Below the pieces are notes generated by a model. The model was not told the origin of the DNA, ran no database searches, and saw only the letters and a program-made list of their open reading frames with translations. Position numbers and translations under genes: made by a program. This document shows, one piece after another, positions 22,955 through 33,734 of a stretch of 36,708 nt of DNA. Source of the DNA: Dimargaris cristalligena (lineage: Eukaryota); assembly GCA_003614675.1 (NCBI GenBank), contig ML002371.1, forward strand, positions 1 through 36,708, in the 5' to 3' direction. Position 1 is the first letter of the stretch, and every line of letters begins with the position of its first letter.

Positions 22955-24310
22955 GAGAATGCGTGGCCGGCCAATGTGTAGAACGGGCCGTCAAGTGAAC
23001 AGGGCCACTGCCCGAAAACGGGACAGCTTTGTTAACATTATATGTTATTGGCCCCAAGCAGTCATATCATTATTATTTTCGGACCCAGTTTTGGGTTCAA
23101 TTATTCAGAATCAGTACTTTTTGGCTGACCTTTTTTATTTTTTTTTCATAGCTACCGAGTGGTTTTCCCCACTTATTATTAAGTGTTTAACTGTACAATT
23201 CTCGCTCATAGTAGTAATATCAATTTTGATGATTGATACGCGATTCCTTTACTTTTATTTGGCTTGTAATATTAATACGACGAATCAGGGAGGGCACTAT
23301 GCCACTCTTTCATGCTCTTTTTATTTTTGTTTGCAGGTAATTAGCGACTTGAATTTTTATTATTATCTTATTATTTACCCTCCTGGACAGTTACGTGGAT
23401 ATCAACAGTGTTTACCACATACCACTTTGTTAGTTTGCCCATTTATTTTTATACTATAGATTAGGGCCAACTCAGCTTTACAATAAACAATCTTACCCCT
23501 TTTTCCTATTTCATCGAGGTCGAAATATCATATATACTTGGAGTACCGTTCTCACCCACGGACCCCAATAGCTTAATCACCCTCACGAATTCCCCCAATT
23601 ACTGATATCATCAACATTTACATTGCTGAGTTGCTCTTTAACTGGGATTACAGCACTATGTTCCTGAAGCATTGGTTTGAACAATACGCTGTCGCTGCTA
23701 GCTTTTATAATGGTGATGTTTAGATTATGCCATTCATTAGACATTCCGTAAATTCACCTGCAGTTTATCTTGGTCCTTTTTGGTGTTCATGGTAATGCAT
23801 ATTGGCTTACCGGTTAAGGGTGTGGAATTACTGCCGGGAATGCAGTTATATCCAGCTTTGGACATTTATCGGGTAATCTGCATCACTGCAACCGTGCTCC
23901 AGCATTACATCTAAAACATAGACGTTTAGTTATGTAAATGTACTTTATTACAAGTTACTGAATCGCTAAAGGTAAAGTTCGTAGGAGAAAAAACATTCCT
24001 GGGTCACCATAAAAAATAGAACAAATAAAGCCAAAGGCGACGGTATGGATTGGTGATGGTCAGCCCTAATAGAGTGAAACGCTGGCTTGTAGCCAAAGGG
24101 GCGATTTCATCCTGCCGTGGTGCCAGATCACCGCCCGCATGTAAGGTCCACGAGAATGGATATTGGCCGAAATAGTGCGCGTATGGTTGCGCTCATTCAC
24201 GCCGTTTTGAAAGCTTGATCACCTGGCGCAGTAGCGGAACCGTACTGGCCGAAATTACGCAGGAAAGGGGGAGCCTGAGCAGTCGCGGGATCGGCCATTA
24301 TACCGGGGAA

Positions 24311-25669
24311 TCAGTTGGGCATGGATGGGCCATTGTCATCATCGGCCGAGCGGTATTGTCCACCCCCGGATTGAGGAAAATAGCCCGGCTGGTTCATGGG
24401 TTGTTGGGAATTAGGGCCATTGTAGTACGGGCGTGGGGGTCCCTGGTTGCCGCCGTTGTTACTCTGTACATTTCCAATAATCAACCAATACGATAGATTA
24501 GTGAATTATAATATTAATACCCATGGAATCTATGGGCAGGCGGATTCCAGTATCAAATATTCGAGCGACTGCCCCTAATTGATTCGCGTGGCCGAATGAA
24601 TAGAGTAGGGGCGGTGTTTTGTTAGTTAATTGCTTACATTGTTCTGGAAATTGGGTGCGGGGTAGGCGCCATGTTGGGGAGGGCCGTAGTTGAAATTGGA
24701 CTGTCCCGAGGGAAACGAGGGGGGTCCTGACTGAAACTGGTTAGGAGGTCCGCCGCCTTGGGGGAAATTGGGGGGTCCCGAAGGGAAGTTAGGGGGACCG
24801 CCCCCACCTTGGGGGTAATTATTCGAGGGCCCCTGGGGAAAACTAGGGGGACCGGGAGACGGGAAACCGGGGGCACCTTGGGAGAAGTTAGGGGGGCCCG
24901 AGGGGAAGTTGGGGTTGGGACCACTTCCACCACCATAGGGACGGGGAGGCTGATTCTGATGCTGATTTTGGGGCTGGAATTGCGGCTGATAGTTGGGCTG
25001 TTGCTGATGCTGTTGCGGGGGATAGTTCGGCCCCGACGGTCCGCCCATAGGGGGTCGATTATATCCGCCCGTGGATGACTGCGACGGCGGCCCGGAGAAG
25101 TTGGGTTTCGATGATGTCGAAGCAGACGAAGAAGGGGGTTGTTGGTTCGGTTTAGATGAGAACGCACCCATCATTGTCGCAAGCGAGGCGCCACCGAGGA
25201 CACCGCCAGCAATTCCCAGACTGCTGCTGGGTGCTGACGACGAGGGCTTCGAAGAGGTCGGGAGTTTACCGCCGAGTTGACCCATTAACGAACCGACCAC
25301 CGGGAGGGCCGTGAGTTTAGCGAGTGGGTCGTTGCTGCTTGGCTTATGCTTATCCTTTTTGTCCTTCTTGTCTTTTTTGTCCTTCTTATCCTTCTTGTCT
25401 TTTTTGCCCTTCTTGTCCTTTTTGTCCTTATGGTCTTTATGGTCGTGGCCGCGGGTTTGGTCGTGGCCGTCGTATTCGCTGTCGTCACTGCTGTCATCGC
25501 TACTACCGTCGCTGCCACGACTATGCGAAGACGGATGCGAGTGGTTCTTCTCGTGACCGGGGAAATGGCCACCGGAGTTGGGATGCATGCCACGGTTGGA
25601 CACATCCGCGCCTTCGGCGTAGTAGTCGGCGGCAGCTCCGCCGGTCGAGGAGTAATTATAGTGGGACAT
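24311..25669 (-). CDS. Low-complexity P/G/Q/N-rich (prion-like) protein with a KKD repeat, 2 exons, ~394 aa
   Basis: ATG at 25669. Exon 25669-24638, then intron GTAAGC...CTAAT...TACAG, then exon 24463-24311, which continues the same composition (SNNGGNQGPPRPYYNGPNSQQPMNQPGYFPQSGGGQY...MPN*). Confidence 0.75.
25346..25444 (-). repeat. 9-bp coding tandem repeat encoding (K/H-K-D)n
   Basis: DHKDHKDKKDKKGKKDKKDKKDKKDKKDKKDKHK in the translation. Confidence 0.9.
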
Positions 25670-26773
25670 GGAGGGAGGGGGTGGGCCTAGTGAATGCACG
25701 AAACGAAGCAAAAGAGGGGGTGTAGTTATAAAGAGTAAAAAACAGGAATGGTTCGGTTTATATAACTACTCAAAAGCAGCTAGAAAAGTATAAAGGCGTG
25801 TCCTCAGGTAGCTGGGAAAATACGTAGATATAGTCAGGTGGGGGGACAACTCAATAGGGCCATCACAATGACAACGTCAGGCCACCGGAATAACATACAG
25901 CCAAGGATTCTCGATATTCCACGGTCAGAGCAGTGTGTGTCATGGGGTCATTAGGCAACTCTCTAGTCTACACTCCAAAGAAGAAATACTAGACCTACTG
26001 CCAAATCCCGCCAATTGGCACAGTCAAGCTAGGAATGGACGCGTTCTATTTAGCATGTTCCTTTGGTGTGCCATTTCTGGAACTAAGGCGGATGATGGGC
26101 TCAAGATAGATTTATAGGGCGGTATTGTAACCAATGCCTGGATGGGGGCCAATGTAGCGGCAAATGCATAAGTGTATTGAACCCCCTTCCCTGTAATCCC
26201 CGGTGACTGCGGAGAAGGGGTGGATTGTTTAGCCAAAGCCGAGGCCCACCACCCAACAGATATGCACCTCACCTGCCAAGGACGAAACGAACCTCCTTGC
26301 TTATTTTACCGTTGCGAGACGATAGCCAGGTCTTACAATGGATAATGTAGATCATAGCACAGGGATCCAGATCGGTAAAAGGGGTAGTGTCATAATTAAT
26401 CAGCCATGCGGCCCAAACCCCCACATTGTACCAGACATTTCTAATAGAAGGGACAGTAGAATGGCTAGGTATTCCACTGTAGGTAGAATTATAACCATCT
26501 CCCAGCCACAAAGCCCGCTCGGCAATTATCATCCATTTCAACAAGTCAATTAGACAAAATGTAGAACCAAATAGATTAAAACCTACATAATATTACAGAG
26601 AACAGGATGGCTTGGCAAGTAAAGTCCGAACACATCCAATCTCAGGAAGCATTCTCTGAGTGGACATTTCCCGGGCCTGGGAAGGAGAGGGAAGGACACA
26701 ACTGGTTAAACACTCATTACTTACTGTAGTTATTACCCATAAAAGTAATTAATTTAAAACATTTTTATAGTGT

Positions 26774-26846
26774 GGTTCCATAGTGTAGTTGGTTATCACA
26801 TGGGGTTTTGATCCCCGCAACCCGAGTTCGAATCTCGGTGGGACCT
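26774..26846 (+). tRNA. tRNA-Gln (anticodon TTG), intronless
   Basis: Acceptor stem GGTTCCA/TGGGACC, A-box TAGTGTAGTTGG, anticodon arm TGGGG-TTTTGAT-CCCCG, T arm CCGAG-TTCGAAT-CTCGG, discriminator T. Confidence 0.96.
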
Positions 26847-26850
26847 GTTA

Positions 26851-26855
26851 TTTTT
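26851..26855 (+). terminator. RNA polymerase III oligo-T terminator
   Basis: TTTTT begins 5 nt after the tRNA end; a T7 run follows at 26860. Confidence 0.75.
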
Positions 26856-27236
26856 AGGCTTTTTTTAATCATAAAGCCATAATTAGCGCTAGTCATCAAC
26901 AAGTAAGGTGTAGTTTACTAATTGAAAAACATTGAACATAATATTAGACCCCAATAGTTCTGTGTCCTCTGGCTTTCCAAATAGAACCTAGTCTTATTTT
27001 ACACAGCCCTAAGACCAATAAAAAGGTGCGGCGTCGGTAATTGGGAAGTGTAAAACATATTTGCCCCCAGTGAGAGAAAAATAGTTGGGGCAATTCATAC
27101 AAACGAGCCGTGTATTTTGATGAGGGGGCGCAAGACATAAGTCTACCACCCCCAGTCCAATGGGTTTTCATGTTCATGGGGTTGACAATGGCAGGTGAGA
27201 AAAACGAAATGCACGGGGTGAGAATTCTTTAGTGGT

Positions 27237-28400
27237 TTAAGCAGTGGGGTTTATTTCGTAAATAATTTTTATCCGTAGCGAGCAAGTTGAACAGAACGCA
27301 ATATCAGCCCCCAGCTCCAAATCTGCGTCTGTGATTGTATATTCTCCGCTGCATCGGCAAGCCAGAGTGTATATGCCCTCTAAAATACGATCATGAATTG
27401 GGTGAGTGCGGTTTAGAAAAAAAAAATCGTCGGTTCAAAGTAATGTAAAGAAATATAGTTAGAATACGATAAATCCCGAGTGAGAGATCAGAAAGTAAAT
27501 ACGCAAACCTCCGAAAATCAAGTGATAGAAACGCCTGTCCAAGTAGTAGCCACTAAATATATAAATGGTACGCAGTTGGGTTGCGATAATACCAATAATA
27601 ATAATAATACATGGCGAATATACTTAGGCGACAAATTATATAGTTGCGTTTACCTTCAGCTTCCATCTCGTCCAAGTCTACCTCTTCTTGAACAATACCA
27701 TGTTCGGCTGTGCGCAATTCTACATGACCCAGGGTTCCATACCAGCGTGTCAGCAAACCGGGCATACAAGTTAGTTAGTTTGCTTAAAATGTATCGTATA
27801 TTGCTTCACCTTCGGCATAACCACTGCAGAGAGATGACAAAACACGCGCACTCATTTATATCGCTATTTCCTACCTGCAAGGTAAAGGTCGTAATCCTTC
27901 CGTTTAACGGGGTCACGTAGGACCTGCCAGGCCAGCTGTATTTTGCCGAACAATTCGGCCGTTTGGCGTTGGGTTACTACATTATTTGACCGGACCTTAT
28001 CGGGGTGAACCTACATGGTTGTTGTTTTTTAACCAATAAATTGGATAAGGTTGGTCGCGGGAATGGTTAATAATGAATACAATTACGGCAGCCGGACATC
28101 CAACGTATTGCTTTGATAGTAAAGCCCGGGAAGGTTGGGAACAGCTGGGTTTCAATACAGAGGAAAGTCCATACTTCATAACGAAGATACTTTCGGTGGA
28201 CCTGTCCGCCCATCGGTTCTTTTTTATATGCGCATATTCCCTGGGGTTTAACCGGATTCATAGCTCCCATGGAAAAAGGTGTGCATTCCACCTGAACCTA
28301 CCTTGAGTACTTTGGTTTGATAGGCTTGCTTAATTTCGTCCTTCGAAGCGACGGAGTCGATGTCTAAATAGTCGTAATGGGTATAGTAGGAGGTGGTCAT
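27237..28400 (-). CDS. DPH4: Diphthamide biosynthesis protein 4 (J-domain + CSL zinc finger; DNAJC24/Jjj3), 4 exons, 147 aa
   Basis: Exons 28400-28302, 28010-27875, 27719-27654 and 27379-27237 total 444 nt in frame. Translation: THYDYLDI..AS.DEIKQAY..VLKVHPDK...AWQVLRDPVKRKDYD...EEVDLDEM...CRCSGEY...CSTCSLRIKI. Confidence 0.93.
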
Positions 28401-29107
28401 TTTGGTCGGGGAGGGTATGGTAGAATAGGAGTGGTAGAAAAGTAATTAAGAGAACAAGCACAGGCGCAATGCAACAGTGCGGGGCCGCCAGGAGTACTGA
28501 CGGTCGGGAAATTATAAAAGCTACCAAAGAAATGAAGAAAATAAAAAGAGCGAACTGTCGCACTAAACAAGTAAAGCGATATCGCTGGCCTATCCGTAAA
28601 GTTTAACCAAAAAGGAAGGCTTGGAGACACCAGTGTTAAAGCTGGCGGGTGTCAATGGGCGGGTGGCTCTCCTCGCCTCCTTTCTTCTAAGGATTACTTC
28701 TTTGTTAACCCCCTCCAAACCTCTTTTAAATTGCCGGGACCATTGGAAGACTGCTTTGCTCCTCTTTTTACCTCGCAGGCGTTCTCCTGCTTGAATTCCT
28801 CAGACCATTGTTGACTCAGTTGCGAAACAATCGCATTCCCTTGTTTTCACACCCTGTTATGTGCCACTATTATACGGCAATTCGTATATACTGCTGACCT
28901 TGACTTGACTTGATGCGAGTTATCATTTCCGTTCCTCTGTCGTTCTTCTATTAGACTGCATACCTATTCGGCCATACATTTAGGCGTCGTCGCATTCGAC
29001 CTATAATACCGTGAAGCATTAGCCCCTCCTTCTGAATCCTGTTCCAACCTTCACCTATATCCTCCCGCCAGTATTATTCATAGCTTCAACTTACGTACCG
29101 ACCCGCC
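28401..29107. promoter_or_regulatory. Divergent intergenic region between DPH4 and TFA1 (candidate bidirectional promoter)
   Basis: Head-to-head ATGs are separated by 707 bp. Pyrimidine-rich tracts switch strand around 28650. Confidence 0.5.
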
Positions 29108-32100
29108 ATGGACGTTGTCAAGGCGCTTGTTTCGTGTGTGGCCCGTGCCTTCTACGATACCCGACTCGTCCTTGCGCTCGACTATATTAACTACCGGGAA
29201 AGCGTTCGCGACGATGAGCTGGCGCGATTCCTACGCATTACCCCTCGCGAAGCCCATCGAGTCGGCGGCAAGCTGAAGGAGAGCAGCCTTATTAAAGTGT
29301 AGGTGGACTTGTATTCACGTATATACATATATATATATAGATAGATAGCTAGATAAACATGTGGGAAGTTATTCATAGACCCCCCCCCTTAATATAGACA
29401 ACGTTTACCCTGGATGGAATTTCCCTTGACAGGCAGCCGTTTCAAAGAATACTATAATAGTATATTGACCACCCCGACTAACTAGACCTCTGAATTCTAC
29501 TATACGGTGCTTTCCAATCCACAGAGCTACTCGTATGGAGGCCCGTCGACCCGAAGTACGGGCCCTGGCGAAGACATACTACTACATGGACTATAAACAT
29601 TTCGTCGATGTTATCAAATGGAAAATGTGGAAACTACAGAAAACAATCACCGAGCGAATGCAAAGTGTAGGTAGATTATTAGCTCACCTGACCTATGTTG
29701 GAATTTAGACGACGGTGTATCCTACCATCCCATGTATTATCCCGCCTTAGGTTTCGCCCTACTCCTCGTGGGACCTGCGACTTTTTTTATCGTTGACTAC
29801 AGGTGCATGCATCAATTCTATTAGGGGGATTCGGAATCTTACTGAATGTTAATCGAATCGACATCCCTGTGGATTAGGGTTGACTATGTATTTGTTGTTG
29901 TATATCTATTTTTTTTAGGAGGTGGACAAGAAGGGCTATGCCTGTCCCAACTGCCAGGCCTCGTACGACCCGCTCGAAATTTTACACCTGCTCGATGCAA
30001 CGACTGGGCTATTCTACTGCGAGCTATGTCGGACAGAACTTATCGAAAACGAGAACGCCGACCAATCCACTCATAGCAAAGAAACTCTATCAAGGTATGT
30101 ATTTGCGTGCCAGGCATTCATAGTGCCTTTTTGAGGTTTTCAAAAGACGGGATGGTCCTCAAATGGCTTATTACTGATAAGAAATTTGGCCAACGGGCAT
30201 ATCAGATATCCGCCAATTCAGCCATGTATTTAATACAGCTTAACCCATCCCCCCCTTAAATGGCATTTGCCTTGCGGATCTTTGTACTTATCCCTACGCA
30301 TAACTGATACTATAATACCATGCTAATGGTGTCTGCTGCTGTCGATTCGATACTATAGATTGATGGACGACTGTCGGCCGATAATCGACCTACTTAAGAA
30401 GACCGATTCCCTGATTATTCCAGCGTAAGTACTAAAACCTTGTGTATAACCTCCTAGCTGTGTGATGACACCTTTATTGGCCATATGGTTGTGACTGGTA
30501 TATTGTTTTACTTTCTAACCCTAGCAAACCACTATTTTCCTACCCTCATCACCACCTTGCTATCTCTTTATCTCTATATAGAACCAATTTTGTTTCTACC
30601 CTACAGGCGTCTGAAGATGCCGAGGCCGCAACGGAGAAGGCCAAAAATGGTAAGTATATATTCTCTTCTCTCTGGATTAGTCGATACCCGGTCTTTGCGA
30701 CGTTTATAGTTGGGGTTTTCCCTGTGGAATTTCGTGCCTCTAGCCAACTCTTGCTCATATGCAAATTATATATCTCTCTAATTTCGCTTTCTTCTTAACC
30801 CCCCCCCTCCACTTATATATATGTATGTATTCTTCAGATAATCCCGATTATGAACTCAGCGTGGCTAGGGATACCGGTGCAGGGTCTAGTATTATTAAAG
30901 TCGTTTTCGAAAACGAGGAAACTACGGAGGCGGCCCGAAAAGCGCACGAGGCCGAACTTGATAAGAAGCGGTAAGTACAGTCAATCAGATATTTACCCTC
31001 ACTTAACTACATACTGTTATATTCATGGCTTGCTTTATTTTACATTGCGGTCTAACTCTTGATATTGTATTTTCTACTTTGTCAACTTCTTGTCACATTG
31101 GTATACCTTTTATCGGAAATGACGGGCTTCCCAGTCAACAAAACGCCTTACCTGCGTGGCACATGTACAGCACGGTATCCGGGGTGAAAACCGAGTTGGG
31201 CCGGAGATCGGGCGAGAATAACTCCAACAGCTCATATTCAACCGGACTGATATCAGCCAACGAGGGTCGTGGCGCAGATCACCAAGAACGTGAGTGAATC
31301 TACTGTATATGGTCGTCCTTTTGTAGTGACATTTTGTTGGAAATTTTAACGAAATGCACTTCGAACCCTAACTCCCTTAATTTATATACAAACTGGCATT
31401 CCTACCCTCGCTTTCTTTTTTTTTGTGCCTTCCAATAGACATCGCTGAATACTACGCGGACCTTGAAAGGGCCACGCCTGCCTCATCCCAAGCCACTCCA
31501 GTTAATGGCTCCGATACTAATGGCTCCCTGAGTCGCGATGACAGGTAAGTCTCCAAAAGCCATTATCCAGTCGCTCCATATAGATATTCAGGCCTAAATT
31601 TGGACGTATGGCGCTTGTTACTCCCACTGCCCTAGTCTGCTCGCGTATTTAACTTACAGGGAGTGTACCAGGTCCGCTTAACATTATATTTATATATATA
31701 TATATATAAATATGTATGTATACTCCTTTAGCGTGCCTAAATTTAGTCTGGATGGCTCAACCACAACCAATTCAAGATCTCCAAGCGGAGACCTATCCTC
31801 GAACAATGCTTATACGCCCATGAACGGAATAGAAACCCCTGCGGACCAGTCTCAAATACCCGCCGATTACTTTGACGACGACGAGCCTTTCGATATGGAT
31901 GATGTACCTATGGTTAGAGGTAAGTAGTCCGGCCCCACTAATTGACGCAGAATTATGGTCTATGCTGTCACTTTTATTTATTTAATTAATATTTTTGCAC
32001 AGAAAAGGATCGTCGCCGACCATCTCCTACATCGTGAGGCTATTAGGCCAACTTTATTAACTGTTATTCCAACCCTTCCGCCTACTATCATGATTCCTCT

Positions 32101-32420
32101 TGATGTGTAGTTAATGGCCACGATGTATCCCTAGACCTAATCACTGACGAGCATCGCGCCCAAATGACACCGGAGGAGTACGAGGTAAGAAGAAACTAGT
32201 TATTTGGTTTTGAGATTATCCTTCATGGGTCCACGGCCCAAGTGGGAATTTTCTGAAGGATTTATTCACAGATGGCCAGTCGATGTAGCCTTCCAGCCTG
32301 AATAACATCACATCAAACATTACACCTAATCACTACCGATGCCATTGTTGAACTTTGATATATCAACCAAAATATCCATCATTCTAGGAATACTGGAAAA
32401 TCCTCCAAACGCTTATTTGA
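29108..32420 (+). CDS. TFA1: Transcription factor TFIIE alpha subunit, 11 exons, ~443 aa
   Basis: Exons 29108-29298, 29525-29666, 29919-30094, 30359-30424, 30582-30649, 30838-30970, 31135-31289, 31439-31544, 31732-31919, 32111-32184 and 32388-32420 total 1332 nt in frame. Motifs: VARAFY, TYYYMDYKHFVDVIKWK, zinc ribbon CPNC...CELC, QQNALPAWH..STV, C-terminal V.VNG....QMTPEEYEEY. Confidence 0.94.
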
Positions 32421-33734
32421 AAGGAAGCGTGGTGCTATGCCCACGCCCCGCTCGAACCCACTCACCATTTATAATCAATGTAAATAGGGGTTCCATTATA
32501 GGAATAGTGGGGTAATACCTGCTGCTTGGTCCCTTGGTTATCCACCAATCAAGGAAATCCTTCTTTTTAAATTCACGACAGGTATATAGTAGGCGAATTC
32601 TCCTACCACCACCGAATAAAAATAGGCTTGGCCATCAACGTATACCGCTTTCTAGCCCAAGTTAAAAGGGTGCATAGTTCTGGATGACTAAGTGGGGAGG
32701 TCCAATCTGTTTATATAGCTGCGTAATTAATGAGGGGGAGGGGGGAAGAACATGGGAAAAGATGGGACCAATAAATAGTGCAGGGAGGAGGATAGCTATT
32801 AATAATAGACATGGGAGAGAAGGTGATGTGCATCCACATTTATGGGGTCAAGCTATTATTATTATTGGTCTGGTGGGAAAAGGTTGGTAGTATTATTGGC
32901 ATATTATGTGGGTGTGTGTAGGTAGACCAGTGAAAAAGCGGGTCAAGAACAACCACCACCAACTACTATTTAGTATAGAACCAACCACACAGGCCTGCAT
33001 GTATTTTATATATGTGTCCAACAAAGTGGCTTCTTTAAACTTCTCTCATTCCTTCAAGTTTCCAGTCTCTCGGTGCAGATCAATTCAACATAGTGTTCCG
33101 CTTCGCCTTATTCTTATTCTTGGCAGTGTTCCGCGTTCCTTTTATTTACAGCCAATCTACTATATTCAATCGTCTACTTTATCCATTTCGCCTTAGTTGT
33201 TTCGCGTCGGGGCCATTGGTATCCAACTACCGCAGAAGGTCCACTACCTCAAACCTTGAAATTTCAACGCCGCCAATAATTGGCCAGGCCATGTAACACC
33301 ACCACCCCCTTTTTTCTCCCCAAATTGAGACCAACCTTCCTGTGCCTACGCTCGACTGCCTTGTACATTTGTCAACTTTTACTTATCTTTATCTAGCTCC
33401 CTCCCCATTACGTCTACACTAGTCAAACCCGCAGCAGTGCTTTCGGTCTCGTCTTAAGGCGCACCTGTTATTATAGCTAAACCGCTACCGTGTTGACTTT
33501 CTCTTGCTCCACCACGCACCCACCCACACCCACACACGCATACGCATACACACCCAAGTCGGGGATACCAGTTCCATGCGGCGGTCGACTTATCCCCCCG
33601 CCAGTCCCCCCGACTTCAGTTCCAGTCTCTCCGAACCCGATTCCAACGGCGGCTTTGTGAATCATACCCCGTCACCTCCCCTCTCCCCTCTTTCTGATTC
33701 TATTACCGACCCCCCTTCGACCTCCCCCGCCACC

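Noticed and set aside
22959-23459. 166-aa hydrophobic ORF after the IP kinase
   Set aside because: T-rich 3'-UTR-like sequence starting 4 nt after the stop, with none of the codon bias of real genes here.
24197-24313. Open frame of 37 codons after the TGA of the prion-like gene (readthrough or selenocysteine?)
   Set aside because: Stop context TGA-TTC is not the TGA-CTA readthrough motif, the extension ends in KTA (not PTS1), and I saw no redox motif or SECIS.
27535-27552. Possible 18-nt in-frame micro-exon (VATTWT) in DPH4 intron 3
   Set aside because: It would need a poor GC donor (GCGTTT), and the 147-aa model is already complete without it.
11242-28400. Apparent translation-fidelity cluster (QTRT2, tRNA-Gln, DPH4)
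   Set aside because: The genes are spread over 17 kb with unrelated genes between them, and TGT acts on GUN-anticodon tRNAs, not tRNA-Gln.
30460-30470. Box C-like GTGATGA in a TFA1 intron (snoRNA?)
   Set aside because: No box D (CTGA) downstream within the intron and no terminal stem.
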